From the human T2T-CHM13v2.0 reference genome, Homo sapiens, in the NCBI RefSeq assembly GCF_009914755.1, contig NC_060930.1: a stretch of 64,000 bases of DNA; one strand, written 5' to 3'. Shown here piece by piece: positions 33,481 through 47,550 of the stretch. Position 1 is the first letter of the stretch. Every line of letters begins with the position of its first letter. The translations under genes and the position numbers were made by a program. The notes under the pieces are model-generated. The model was given only the letters and a program-made list of their open reading frames with translations, did not search any database and was not told the origin of the DNA.

Positions 33481-34458
33481 AGTAGAGTCTAAGTCCAGTA
33501 TACTGAGATGTGAAAAAAGTCTCGTGATTTTTACATGAAATTTGCTTACTATTCATTCACTCTGAATTTTTTCTTCTATTATGTCTTTGATAATTTCCTT
33601 TTCTCCATTTTGTAATCCCCTATTTCTGAACTTATTAGAGATTCGTTTTTCTTCACTTAATATTCTATGGCTTCTCTTTTCACTCAAAAAACTTTCTGAA
33701 GTTTATTTTTCCAAATTTTCTTGTCTAATTTTAGTCAGTTTTTCTATTTTTGTTAATCATTGTATTTATTGCTACAGGATATCTATGTTTTAAATTGAAG
33801 CAGCAAAAGAACTGAGTGGGATATTTGTAAGCCTGGGCCAGTGGGTGACTTTTATTTAGAGAGCAGATGGGGACCCAGTGGCAAATATGTCTAATGCACA
33901 ACAACTACTACAGTTCTGTTTAGTTTGTTCAACAGCTTCAGAAAAGAGCTTTCTAATTTTCTGTATGAGAGTGAGCTTTATTTGAATTCTGTTCATTAGG
34001 GTAGGTGGGTAAGGATTGTCATAGGAGAGGAAGGGTGAATTCTTCTTAAACAGACCTTTCGTTATCTTATTTCCAACCTTATTTCTCACTCTGCTTTTTT
34101 GTTTTTTTCTATTGATTCAAGGGTGGAGCTTCCCCAGGATTCTTTGCGTGTTATCTCCTTTTTTCACACAGCCCTCCCTATTTATGGTTTCTTCTATTTC
34201 ATTCATCTTTTATTTATCTCCCTTCAGAGACTGCAGTGCTCTAGCTGGGCAAGTCTGGTGTGGGGAGGGCAACTTTCTTCAGGGAGGCCTTACAATTAAA
34301 ATCTTTTAATTGCCTGTGGTGAGGCCTCAAAAATGACACGTAGGTTTTTAAGCAGAAACTGTACTCCTCAATATCCATTTTCTATAATCACGCAATATAC
34401 TGCACTGTTATTACTCTAAAGTTATATTTTATATAGATCAAGAATAAGAATAAAATAC

Positions 34459-34559
34459 TTTATTTTAGCTTCACTTATTCTTTCTCTGATACTCTTACTT
34501 TATTTGCATTTATTTTAGCTTCAACTATTCCTTCTCTGATACTCTTCCTTTATTTGCAT
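34459..34559 (+). repeat. 50-bp tandem duplication (2 copies)
   Basis: tttattttagcttca..tattc.ttctctgatactctt.ctttatttgca repeated at period 50. Confidence 0.9.
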
Positions 34560-34821
34560 AGCTATGACCTTCTGACTTGTAGAGTTTTCATTCTTCTTGA
34601 AGAATTTCTTACAGGGAAGTTCTGCTGATAATAAATTCCACTAGGTGTTGTTCATCTGAGAAAATCTTTATTTCTTAATTATTTTAAATGATAATTTTAC
34701 TGGCTATAGAATTTTAGGCTATTGAATATTTTTCTCTGAATACCTTAAATGTGTTACCTCCCTCCTTTCTTCTTTGCATGATTTCTGAGAAGTCTGCTTT
34801 ACTTTTTTTCCTCATTCATCT

Positions 34822-35144
34822 TGTCTTAGCCAATTAGGGCTGCTATAACAGAATACCATATACCATGTTGCTTATAAACAACAAAAAATTATTTTTCACA
34901 GTTTTGGAGCCGGGGAGTCAAAGATCAGGGTGCCAACATGGTAGGGTTCTGGTGGGGGTTTTCTTCTGGGTTACAAACTGGCAACTTCTTACTTTGTTCT
35001 CACATGGTGGGAGGGGCTAGCTAGCTTTCTGAGGCCTTTACTGACTAACCACCTGCCAAAGGCCCCTCCCCCTGGTATCATCAACTTGTTTTTAAGATTT
35101 CAATATATGAATTTGGGAGGAACATAAACATTCAGACCATAAGA
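34822..35144 (-). mobile_element. MLT1A/MSTD-like MaLR LTR
   Basis: tgtcttag...ggctgctataacagaatacca...aagatcagggtgccaacatgg...aacattcagaccata. Confidence 0.85.
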
Positions 35145-38100
35145 CCTCTATAGATAATGTAGTCTTTTCCCTGGCTTCTTTCAAGCTATTCTATTTGTTT
35201 TTGATTTTCTACAATTTGAATATGATATGCTTAAGTATAGATTATTCTGCTGGTTGTACTCTGATTTTTCTAGATTTGTGGTTTGGTGTCTGTGAGAAAT
35301 TCAGTAATTTTGGAAAATTCTTGACCATTATTACTTCAAATATTTCTTCTGCCTCTCCTGTCTTTTCTCTCCTTATGGTATTCCAATTATACATATGTTG
35401 CATCTTTTGAAATTGTCCTACAATTTTTGTATGTAAACTTCTGGGGTTTTAATTTTTTTTCTCTTTGCATTTCAGTTTGTGAAATTTCTATTGACCTATC
35501 TTCAAGCTCACTGGTTCTTTCCTTAGCTGTGCAAAGTTTACTGCTGAGCTCATCAATGACATTTTTTATTTCTTTTTGTAGTGTTTTTAATTTCTAGAAT
35601 TTCCTTTTGATTCTCAGTGTGTCTATATTTCAACTATATTGTGCATATGTTTATGCATGTTGTTCGTTTTTCCCAATAGAGCCTTTAATATATTAATCAT
35701 AGTTATTTTAAATTCCTTGTATGATAATTTCAAAATATGTTTCAAATGTAAGTCTGGTTCTGATGCTTGGTTTGTCTCTTCAGTATGTGCTTTTTAAAGT
35801 TCCTTTAGCATGCTTTGTAATCAATCTTTTTTTGAAGCAAAAATGGGGTGTCAGGTGATAGAAATGAGGCTTTAGTGTGATTGTTGTATGTTTATCTGGC
35901 TACGAATTGGGTTTTTTAATGTTTCCTGTAGCTGTAGATGGTGGAGACATCAGATGCCTCTAGTTTCCTTGTTGTTACACTTGTTATCTTTGGCTTTCCT
36001 GAGTACTCCTACTTAAATAAAGTCTATATATTGAAGCTATTTCCACCACAATGCACTGCTGTTATATTGTGTGGGGAATGGGAAGCATTCTATAATCTCA
36101 TAATCAAATCTCAGTCTTTTAGTGAATCCATATCCCTGAGCAATAATCTTAACTAACACTTTTTAGCTCCCATCTCCCTTACACAAGACAGAAAGAATAG
36201 AGGGGACTAGAGTTACAGAAGTGTATTTCCTCCAGTGGAATATGGTTTGGGTAAAGTTTTTTCTCCTTGGAGAGACAGTTTTTGTTATGGAGAATGCTCT
36301 GGACATATTTCACAGTTACTCTTTTTTTTTCCCCTGCGAGGGTCATAAGAAAAATTTTATTGGCTGTTTTCTGCAGAATTTTTGGTGAGTTTCTAGAGGT
36401 GTAAACCATGAAATAGCATAGGCCCCTGCTAAGATTTCAGGCCCCTAGAATTTCTGACTCTCAACCTAATCCACACTTGGTCTGTAGCAATGGATAAAAA
36501 TTACCACTTAATGGTTTTCACCAGTTTTTGAATCCAGCAATTTTTTTTCAGGTAGGCATATCTCGGCTGATGTATTTACTTCATTTGTCTCTCTTAATTT
36601 TGGAGTGGCAGTTTTTCTAATTACCTTTATTCTCTGATGAACCTAAGAAAAGTTGCTGATTTTCAGTTTTTACAGCTTTTTTTTGTTGTTGTAAGGACAA
36701 GGGTGATGACTTCCAAGTATTTCACACTTCAGAGCGTTTTAGCTGAAATCATAGTCATTCTTTTTTCTCCTCTAATTCTGAAACTCCAGTGATTTGCTAG
36801 ATAGGCTATTTGCTATTGTTCCACAGAACATGGGAACAATATGCTTTCATTTCACTTTTATGTTTACGTTTTTATTTTGTTTTCTACTTTGTATTTTTAT
36901 TTCACTTTTTTCTCCTTTTATATTAGTTTGTATATTTTCTATTGTCCTACTTTTAAGTTCACTGATTCTTTCCCTCTGTCTACCCTATTCATAGGCCTCT
37001 AAAAAATTCTTTATCTTTAATATTTTATTTTTCATTTCTCACATTTCTATTTGACTTTTTTATTTTATATAGTTTTCATCTCTTGGTGAACTTTCCTATC
37101 TTGTCATAAACATTGCTCCTATATAAGTTTAGTGTGAAAGTTATCTGAAATTAAACACATAGCCAAACAGGATTATTAACTTTTGTTAGAAGCACATATA
37201 CTAGTAATTTATTTCTTTATAAAAATAATATAACCAAGACTTAGTCTATCAATGGTTAATTTACCAGTAAGATTTTGTTTGAATCTAAATAATAATTATA
37301 AAGAAAATCAACATTACGCTTTACTGGTAAAACTGGATAGAAGCCATTTTATGAAGGCTTTGGATAGGCAAAAATTATTTATGTATTTGTGCTAACATTT
37401 TCCAGGGAAAACTTGGTCATTTCCACTCAGTAGAGACAGATTTTTATAGGAAAAGAAATTGTAAAAATATTCTGCCTTTGGGGCAATTGTAAAAATGTTT
37501 TAATGTGCCTCAGCTGGAAATTTCTGTGTTTTGCCAAATTAAATGATCATTTTCTCCCTGCAAAAAGTGTCTTTCATGTTGGAAAGGATTTGAGAATAGA
37601 GTGTATTTGAAAACTATGTAAACCATTTTTGAATTTTCACTGTTTGGCATGAAAATGCTGATTTTTCATCTTAGCTTTAGCTATCAATGTGAGGATTCCT
37701 TTCAATAAAAAAAGGTGAAAAAAATTACCCACCTTAAGTTGCAGGAATAACAATATACTTTAATTTGCAGTAGAAAATGGGTGGTTGATTATACCTCTTC
37801 CCTGAAAAATTTTGAAGAACTTTAAAGAAAGTTTTACTTTTGTTCTTCCTCCAGTGGAATAAAAACAAAACAAAACAGTGTTTCTGTAATACTGTTTGTT
37901 GAAGATTTAATAATTAGACTTCAATTATGATTTATTTTCTATTTAACCAAATAAAAGCAGACTCACTAAGTGTCAAGTGGGTTTACAGTTGGTTGAATTT
38001 CTTTTTAGATTTTTTCTGATTTATTCTAAACCTAATAACCTAATACCTTAATATCACAAAACTATATTTTTTCTGATACCGTTATAATCTGATAATAGAT

Positions 38101-40239
38101 TTTTAAAGTTGTCAAATATTATATCCTGCTCTCATTTAAATACTTTTCAGTGACATATACACTGTAATTGAAGGTGGTCATTTCTTCTCAGTAGAGACAG
38201 ATTTTTACAGTTAAAAAAAAGAAAGAAATACTGACTTCAATAAAGGGAATCACTGCATTACTTGAGTCTTAATAGTGTCTCTAAAGATGGAGGGCAAAGG
38301 CAGAAATTTCATAAAGTTGGGGGATCTGGTGTAAGTGGACTTTTCAGCATGTAAGTTGGATTGTGATTAGGTAAGGCTGATGCGCTAACAATGGAGGGTG
38401 GTGGACACAGAGATGTAAGGATTCTGAAGTGAATAATTCAAAAGTCGGTATTGGAAAGTAAGCAGCAAGCTTTTTAAAAGAAGTTTCTCTTATCCATACC
38501 AAAGAAGGGTATGCAAAAAACTAAGAGCTTTATTACAAATTAAATCAGGATAGCTCATAAATTTCACAATCAATAATTTTTTAAACCAAGGAATCTATTG
38601 CCCACCACGAAGGGATTTTTAAAAATCTAGCAGTAAGGTAAAAATGTAATTTACATTTTCACTCTTTTTTACATTTCAAATATATCTTTATTTATCATGC
38701 AGTTAATATCACACTAATCAAAATTTGTGGTTTTTATCAAAATATTTACAAAGGTAATGAGATACCTATTCATGGCTCTTAATGAAAGAGACAAAATACC
38801 TTTTTGTTCATGTATGACTTTACCTTGTATTTTGATTTAACAGCAGCAAATCCATTATTCTGAAAACCTAACTAGTTAAATTGTTTTTATGTCATTTACT
38901 GACTTTATGCTTCTGGATAAAGAAGGAAAAAAGAGAACTCAAAACTGGTAAAAATAATATAGCTTCTTAGCCTTCAGGGGGAAATTCTTTATTAAGATAC
39001 ACTTTAAATGCACTTCTGATAAGCTTCTTTCACAAACAGGAAGTCCATATAGAAAATAGGCATGCTCATTTGCAGCTTTAATCATAACACTTGTATTAAT
39101 AGCATAAAAGGAAACCTCCAACACTTACTTTTAAAGGTTTTATTTTAGGCTTCTTATATTAATAAGGAATGGGGACACTGATAGCTCAAATTTTTCATGT
39201 TTAAAGGCTCATTTGCAAAAAAACAAAGTAAATGGGAGAAAAATAATTTATGCAAGCACTGCTAATCCAGCTGTTTTGCTTCTGGGCTTAATTGGATTTA
39301 CCTAGCATTGATATTTGGTGTCAGCATGTGTTATATCATCAACACAAGCAATAGTTACCCAACATAAATGAGGCAATGAAGAGAAGTGAACGCCAAGATT
39401 ACAAACCTCAAACCAAAGACAAAATATTATTTTATTTGACTCAATCTTAGCATAATTACTTTTTAGCCATGTGTGTTATAGACTTCCTGTATCAGCTTGA
39501 TGCTGCTATCTTCTACATTTCTATCCTTTATATCTATCTGCTAAATATAGGCAGTGAAGAAAACTAGTGTTCGATAAAATGACTTTAATAATGGTTACAC
39601 ATATCTTCTGCCTGGCCAAGTACTCCTATTAACTGTAAAAATGCATGCATTGTCTCTAAAGGTAGGAATGTGACACCTGAATTTCAAAGGCAGGTATACG
39701 TCATCGGTAACCAGGTCTTTGCTATTTACATGTAGAAAAATGAACTTAACCTTTAAAATTAAGCAATAAACAGCATGTTTAAGAAATAATTTGCAAATAT
39801 ATTTACTTACATATGTATATCTATTATTCCGTTCATCTGTGAGAATATTAAATGTCTTCAAGTGAATATCAGGAATATTTTATTTAGAAAATACATGTAA
39901 GAAAGATTACTATTACTTAAAGAAAAATATTTTAATAGAAATGTTTATGAATATATATGTATTTACTGTATGTATTCATCTCATATATGTATGTGTCAAC
40001 CTGAAATATATTTTGTATATAAATACATATTCATATTACACATCTAAATGCATTCTACATATTTTGCCACATACCTCATACTCTTTCATCATTCCTTGCC
40101 CTATCTACCTTGTTTGAACACATAACCCATCCTTTATGTTAATACTCCTCATCTTCCTTTCCTATCCTAGTTTTCCTTTTTTTATTGCAGTTATCATCTC
40201 ATGTGCTAAATAATGCATTGGTTTATTATATCTGTTGTT

Positions 40240-40381
40240 TACTGAGTACTGTCTATTTTGCTCTACTCTAAGATAAACTTCATGAGAGAGAGGATCTTCC
40301 TTTGATTCACGAAAATACCCCAGTTTTCTATAATAAAGCATGACATGAGTATTATAGGTGCTCAGTGACTGAATGAATGAC
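40240..40381 (+). mobile_element. L2 3' end
   Basis: taaacttcatgagagagagg...ataggtgctcagtgactgaatgaatga. Confidence 0.65.
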
Positions 40382-41084
40382 TGGATATGTTACAAACATT
40401 ATGTGTGTGTACATGTTTATATACGTCTGTGTATGTGAGGATATACACACACTCAGATATGTGTGTATTTAGACTTCTAAATCATAATTTTCCTATGACT
40501 TTTTCCTAATTTTCCTTCTTCTGGTGTTTAAGCCATCCTTCTCTTCTGTGTCATTTATGGAATACATAAGCTTAGAAGTTTAATTCAAAAGGTCCAGCAT
40601 AGTTTCCTAATATTCTGACTTCAGAGTTACTTCAGAGTTCTAAGATATATAGTTTATCAAGCAAAATGATTAAAAAATAGTCTTTTTTATTTTCTCAGCT
40701 TTTGGATTGCTATCATAGTGCGCTGAGCTTGGTTGACCAGTATTTCTTCCAAGTCAAATCAAAGGGAAATTACTCTTGAGCTAAATGAAACAATCTGGAT
40801 TGTATCCAATAGCATCTCCCAGTGAAATGGTCACTCTAGCTCAGCAGGATCCTCTGAGCCAATATAATTCAGATGAGTTTGAGTGAAATGCAAACATTAT
40901 CATTCTGTATCAAATTAGGAAGGTATTATACACTATCATGTAAGTTGGCAAATCTAAGGTCCAAAAGACTCAGCTTCAAATATTTTTATCAACACTGGCC
41001 ATGAAGTTGGGCTGCCAAAATTCAGTGAGCCGTGCAGGTGAATTTAACAGTATTGTGAATTGTATTATAAAAAATTAAATCTTT

Positions 41085-41345
41085 GTTCATTCAGGTCTCT
41101 GCCCAAAATGTCCCTCCTCAGTGATATATAACTAGTATCCTCTTCATGCACTTTTATATTGCCTGTTATAATTTATATTCATTTTGCCTATTTGATTTCT
41201 ATCTGTTCTATTCACTAGAATATAAGCTCTGTGAAGGCAAGAACTTTGCATGTTTTGTTCATTCCTGACTGTCCAGTGTTCAGAAAAATATTCCTGATAA
41301 AGTGTAGGTGCTCATGTCATAGTTATTAAATCAATGAATGAATAA
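41085..41345 (+). mobile_element. L2a 3' end
   Basis: cactagaatataagctctgtgaaggcaagaactttg...gtaggtgctca...aatgaatgaat. Confidence 0.75.
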
Positions 41346-41689
41346 AAATAAGTAGCATGAGGAAGAAGATGTGCCTTCTAAAGAGCATTTTATTGGCCCC
41401 CAAGACTCTTCTGCATATGCACTCCAAAGGATACATAAAGAGCCCTGACACTGAGCTTTTAAAATAATAATTCCCTTTTCTGAAAAGCATTTATAATATT
41501 TCCTAGAAACCACTCTGAAACGAGAAAGAATTCACATTTATCGCAAGTCAAGTGTGAGATAATTCAACACCTATGATTTCATAACTACATGCTTAGTCCT
41601 TAGAAATGGCCTGATTTTTGAGATATTTTGCTTTGGAGACACAAGGTTGAGTTTTAATATGAAAACCAAAAAAATAAAAAAAATAAATA

Positions 41690-42090
41690 TGTTCCTGAGA
41701 AAATAAATGAGTGGAGAAGATTGCAAAAGATGCAGACCTTTGGTTGTGGGGCGAGAAAAGATCAAGGTTTCTATTTTAGACAAGTTAAGGTTAAGATGTC
41801 CCTTAGGGGTTCAAAAAGATATGTTGAGAATATATGGATATTTAAGCCTGGAGTTAGGAAGTTATCACCATATAGTTATTTAAAGCCATAAAAAGGAAGT
41901 GAATGTAGATAGAAAGAAGAGGTCTAAACATTGACCTCTGAGATACTCCTACATTAGGCAATTGGGGTAATTGCATTTACCAAGTAAGAATAGTTATAGG
42001 ATTTACCAATAGGAATACTAAGAAGCAGTAGTAAGAGAAGTAGAAGGAAAAACAGGCAGCTGTGGTGTTCTGACCATCAAATATAGACGA
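41690..42090 (-). mobile_element. L2 relic
   Basis: ttctattttagacaagttaaggttaagatgtc...tatttaaagccat...gaagaggtctaaacattgac. Confidence 0.6.
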
Positions 42091-43696
42091 ATATTTGAAA
42101 TGTTGGGATTGAAATGCTGGAATCTATATTGTTTTTAATGAGTTTTGAAAATATTCTATAAGTCAGTTTTAGATCTATTTATTTTTCATCATAAAAATGG
42201 CAAGCACATGACGGAAGTATTTGAAAGGACAAGAGAAATTAATTCATACTCAAACTCAGTAAAACAAGAGCAGAGATTTTCTGGACTACCTAAAAGCTAC
42301 TAATTATTTAAGTCCTTCTGGTCATTTTCTTTTCATGCATGTTCTTAAATACTGAACTAATATTATGTGTAAAATTTTTATCAAGCTTATTCATTATGTT
42401 AAATCATAAGCATTTTAAACATTATTTCCTATTTACTACTGTTTAAAAAAATAAAGCAATAATAATCCACAAGGGGTTGAACTATATTTCTTAACTTCTT
42501 ATTGGTTAGAATTTATCTTTCAAACAAAAAATATTTTTGATAACCAGTTGTGCCAGGTACAACAGAAGGAAAATAGTCCAGAGAAAAACATGTACAAGTA
42601 AACAATTTGTTCAAATACCAGATTTAGAACTTGTTGGTCTTTATTATATATCAGATATTGTTCTGAGAGATTTTCATTTATTATCATATTTAATCATTAC
42701 CAAACCTTATGAGATGGATGTTATTAAGAGGATAAGTATGTGCACAAGTGTGAAAGAGCTTTAGGTTATTAAAACAGTTACACAGTTCTGGAAACTTAAG
42801 AGGGGCTGGTTCTTGACAAGGGGGTTGCTGTCAACAGACTCCCTGGAGAGGGTAGCCAGGGTTGCCTGAACAAAAAGATGAGGCCAGTTAATACAGTGCC
42901 CATGTGTTATCTCAAAGAGATCCTGAAGATAATGGAAGGCCTTCTAGAGCCTTTAGAAACTGCAATGGCATGATAGATTTATGATTTAGAAAAGCTACTC
43001 CATAAATGAGGCTAAAGCCACACAGGCTGGGAAGAAGGTGATAGTCATGAAGCATGAAGCAGGCCTGAGAGAAATATTATTTTTCTTTGCTTAGGAATAT
43101 TTCTCAGAAGCAAAATATTGGGTTAAAAACTAAATATTGGAATGGAGCATGATAAATAAAAGATTTGGTAAGCCCTGAGTGCATATAAATGGCTTTATTT
43201 TGATAGTTTTTAGTTTATTTTTTCCATTATTGGTATCACCTGGCCAAGCTAAGAGTAATTGCCATTCTTTTCTCTTTATGTTTGATTTTAACAGTTTGAG
43301 TCCAGGTGTGTGGGTGTTTGTTAAATTCCCATTCTAAATAATTTCCTAAATTTTGACTCAAATTATTATTGCTATTTTCATTACTATTGTTATTATTATT
43401 ACTATCATTATTATTTGTGAGGTCCTAGCTTTTCGTCATCTCATACATGGGTGCACTTCCATATGAATTAAGCAATAATGCATATTTTCTTTTAGAAAAT
43501 GTATCATTTTCATTGCCAGTTTTCCACAATATAGCCTTAAAGTACTCATTGATCCCTTCATGTGTATCATTCTTACTCTTCTCTATTTCTTTGTGAGGTT
43601 TAAGTTTCCCCTTTGTTGTCATTCTCCTTCTGCTTGAAGAACTTTCCTTTAGTATTACTTGGCACGACAAATCGGCTGAGAATGAATTCCCTCAGC

Positions 43697-43850
43697 TTTT
43701 CTTTCCTTCCTTCCTTCCTTCCTTCCTTCCTTCCTTCCTTCTCTTTTTCTTTCTTTCTTTCTCTTTCTTTCTCTTTCCTTCTTTCCTTCCTTCCTTCCTT
43801 CCTTCCTTCCTTCCTTCCTTCCTTCCTTCCTTCCTTCCTTCCTTCTTTTT
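43697..43850. repeat. (TTCC)9 and (TTCC)15 compound microsatellite (GGAA on minus strand)
   Basis: Perfect runs at 43703-43738 and 43783-43842 separated by a (CTTT)-rich spacer. Confidence 0.98.
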
Positions 43851-45284
43851 TGTCTGAGAAAGTATTCGGCTCAAGTTTTGGAAGATATTGTCACTGGTTG
43901 TGAAATTTCATTGACAAGTTCTTCTTTTTCTCTCTTAGTCTGTTAAAATGATCACTCCGATATGTTCTGGGTTTGTGTAGTTGCTGAGGAAATGTCTGCT
44001 ATAATCCTTATCTTCATTCCCCTGTATAGAATGCTTCTTTTTTCTCTGCCTTCAAGATTTTCTCTTTATCTTTGGTTTTCATAGTTTAACTATGATGTGT
44101 GTAGGTGTGTCTTTGTTTTGTTTTTATTCCACTTGAGGCTTTCCAAGGGTTTTAGAGGTATGATTTAATGTTTTGATTCTTTTTGTAAAATTCTCAACTA
44201 CTACTTCCTCATTTTTTTTTCTGATACATTCTCTCTCTCTTTCCTTCTTGTGGGACTCCAATTTCATGTAAATTATACCGTTCGATATTGTGCTGTTGCT
44301 CTTTGATTTTGGTGGTTTTTTTTAAAAAAAAACACTTATTTTAACTCTGTATTTCAATTTCAATTTGAATTTCAATTCAAAAAATTAAATAATTTTTATT
44401 TACCTAATTTCAGACTCACTGAATCTTTCCTCATCTGTGTACATTCTATTTATGAACCTCCTAAGGATTTACTTTTTTATGTATGATTTTTTAAAATGGT
44501 TTGTTTTGGGCTTTGTTGTTGTGGTTTTTTTTTTTTTTTTAACTTACAGCATTTCCATTGTACTCTTTCTGTATACCTGTGCTAAATTTTCCCATTTGCC
44601 CATTCATATTGTCCATCTTTTCCACCAGGTGTCAAAATATTTAATCAATTATCTTAAAGCCTCTGTCAGTTAATTCCAATATATGAGTCATCTATCCTTA
44701 TGTTGCTCACTTTTTTCTTGATTTTTTCTGTGTATATCTCATAATTGTTTATTGAATATCAGATATCATGCATAGAAGAATAGTAGAAATGCAGGAAGAT
44801 AATATTTATACCTAGCAATGATTGTACCTCCTCTTTTGTTCTTCAGTTAGAATGTAGGGTTTGGCCAATCTAATCAGGAGTTTATGTGGTTTGGAGTTTT
44901 TGTTGCTATGATTATCTTCAATGAACTATAGACTTCAAGCTCCTCAAGCTACTCAGGATAGAGTCAGGATAGAGTCTCCTAGGTTTTTCTGAGAGTCCGT
45001 TTGTTTTTTCCCCATTCATTGTTAGTCAACACTAAATACTTGCACCACAGAGTATAGTCTCCCTCCAGGTTCTTGCCACTTTCCCAGTGATAGAATACCA
45101 TACCAGGGACTTGGTGCTTGGCTAGTGGTAGGATTGGGAAAGTTCTTTGTTGTTCTGGTACAACCTCAATGTTAGGCAGGACCAATGTGTCTGGGCATCA
45201 GGAGTGATACATTTTTACTGTTTCCATACTTCCTCTTCATGGCATTTTGTGTATGTGGGGTGGGAGAGATAATTCTCCATCAGT

Positions 45285-45821
45285 CTCTTTCCTTCTGTAC
45301 ATCTGACCAGCAGACACACTGACAGCCTTTTTCTTCATTGGACTTTCTTTTCAAGAATATTTGTATAGTGAATATCTTTATAAGATAAAGATAGTGCCTT
45401 CCTCTGATGCCTGTCCTCTGCAGATTTGTTTGCTGTCTAATACAGCAACAATACTGTTTGCAGTATAATACAGACATATTTTTCTTCTGGGGCAAAAGTC
45501 AGGTAGATTTGTTTTTTGTCAATTATGAAAGATTGGAGCATCCTACATTAGGGCTCTTGTTCTGTAATGCAACTGACTGCATATGAAAGCATCATCTGAC
45601 CCTCATCATCATGTCACCTTATGGGTAGTGGGGCTCAGGGTACTGGGGAAAGAAAACCATGACACTCTGACTACCACTATTGCAGTGAGTATTAAACTGC
45701 GTTCTGTCTCTGACCCAGCAGCCTCATGTCATTCTGCCAGCACTTAGAGAATTGTGTGAAACTAATGAGTTTTTAGCTTGTTAAGGTAGGGTAAAATCTC
45801 ACACCCTTCATACTTCTTGAA
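45285..45821 (+). mobile_element. ERVL-type solo LTR (MER76-like)
   Basis: gtctctgacccagcagcctcatgtcattctgccagca...gtagggtaaaatctcacacccttcatacttcttga; 5' boundary uncertain. Confidence 0.55.
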
Positions 45822-46495
45822 AATCTTAGGTAGAAGTTCCCTGCCCCTCCATTAGTGGAATCAAGCCTCCACTTGAAATCTGTGTAGGATCCTGGGTCTC
45901 AGACTGTTTTGTATTTCTCCTCCCCAGGAATACAGGGTTCAACCTTTTCCCTAGTAGCAATGGAGTGTTGCCTGTGCCATAAGAGTTATCTTCTATCCAG
46001 AATCTAATTGAGTTTTCTTCTTCTCCTTTCTCATAGACTTAAACCATTTGCTTTATTTTTGTTTTAAAGTCTTCTACAAAGTGGACAGAGCCTTAACCCT
46101 CACAGATGCTAACAACTGCTTTATCAGTGCTCCTGAGAGGGAATTATTCTGGTCGCCCGCTCAGCCCTTAGTCTTTCTCCTAAGCAAATGGTAGAGACCC
46201 ACGGATAAAGTCTTGCAACTTTCCTTGTGTCTAGGGCCCTTAGCAATCCCAAATGAACACATTAACCAATTCTCCTCAGCCTTTAAGTGTTCATTAAATT
46301 TTTTGCTTTTTCATTTTGTACCAATTTCTATGGTGGTCATCCTTTTTATATTCTCACTAAGCAATTTCTGACACAGTTCTTGTGTCCTGCCTCTCTTTGG
46401 ATGTGATGATTCACCTTTAGAATTTGATTTACTTGTTTGCCTTTATGAACTAGCCTTTTAATGAGTTTAAGACAAGTTATAGTCTTGTAGATAAT

Positions 46496-47060
46496 GCCCA
46501 TGGTCTGAATGGTTGTCTCCCCAAAATTCATATGTTGAAACCTAATCTCTAATGTGATAGTATTATAAGGCAGGTGATTAGGTCTTGAGGGTTCTGTCGT
46601 CATTAATGGGATTAATGCCCTTATAAAAAAAGACCTCAGAGAGCTAACTTGCCCCTTGTCATTTGGATAAAACTTCTAAGGTTCCTTAATTCCACTCTCT
46701 CATTTTAAAGATAAAGGAGCTATGCCTGTGGAAGGAAAAAATCAAATGGTCAAGTAAAAAAATCAAATGGCTGAAAGGCACTGTTGCCAGGAGAGTTACT
46801 TTCAATGTAACAGTACCTCTAAGGGGTTCAATTTTAGTTTGATCCAGCCTCTCTAGCCAGCTGTGTCTTTTCCACTGTATGAGGACACAGCAATAAATCA
46901 CTATTCGCTAACCCAAAACTGGGCCCTTACCAGAACCTTACCTTGCTGGCACCTTGATCTTGGACTTCCAGCCCTCCCTGCTGTGAAAAATAAATACCTG
47001 TTGTTTATAAGCCACCCAGTTTTGTGTATTTTGTTATAGCAGCCTGAACAGACTAAGACA
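46496..47060 (+). mobile_element. MLT1A/A0 MaLR LTR carrying a 211-bp foreign insert
   Basis: atggtctgaatg...ccccaaaattcatatgttgaaaccta...gcaccttgatcttggacttccagc...gactaagaca; TSD ataat. Confidence 0.92.
46656..46866 (-). repeat. Derived inverted copy of 47551-47761
   Basis: 201/211 identity to the reverse complement, no indels; ORFs 46686..46901(-) and 47474..47731(+) share the same peptide. Confidence 0.97.
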
Positions 47061-47550
47061 ATAATCTAGCCTTTTCTCCCTGTTAGGTATAGAGCCACAT
47101 TCTTTGCATGTTTCTAGTCACCTAGAGGATGAGTCTAGAGAAACGACATATTGTCTAATTCAATATTCAAATGGGATATTGTCCAGAGAAAAAAATATTG
47201 TTTAATTTGTTCACTTGACAAAGATTTCCCAAGTCTTACTCAAGACCAGGTTGTTATACTAAGCCATGTAGTGGGTACTGAAAGATGTACAAATCATGGT
47301 GGAAGAGTAATATTCATATCATTATCCAGGCTTCGGCTTGGAGGAATGCCAGCTTGGTTAGCCCATTGGCATGAATATTATCCCATTTGAGATCCAGCTA
47401 CCTGGGCTCCAAGCTTTATCTTTAAGAACTCCCTACTAGTCTAGACCTTCCTTGTTCCTTCCTAGTTTATCAGATGAGTAACCACTCTCACATTACTGTT
47501 TTTCCTGTTGAAGGCACTGAAGGCTTCCTCTTTCTTCTCTTTTTCCTCAC

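Larger units (their letters stand above)
34380..37100 (-). mobile_element. Old L1 (L1M/L1MC-D) antisense block
   Basis: tctgagaaaatctttatttct, ttttactggctatagaattttagg, ttggaaaattcttgaccattattacttcaaata; boundaries approximate. Confidence 0.65.
43450..46490 (-). mobile_element. Old L1 (L1M) antisense block with nested repeats
   Basis: gaatgaattccctcagcttt...gtctgagaaagta, ttcaagattttctctttatctttggttttc; boundaries approximate. Confidence 0.6.

Noticed and set aside
40681-40946. Possible exon (tttctcag acceptor at 40698, gtaagt near 40940)
   Set aside because: Such signals are frequent in T-rich DNA and nothing else supports it
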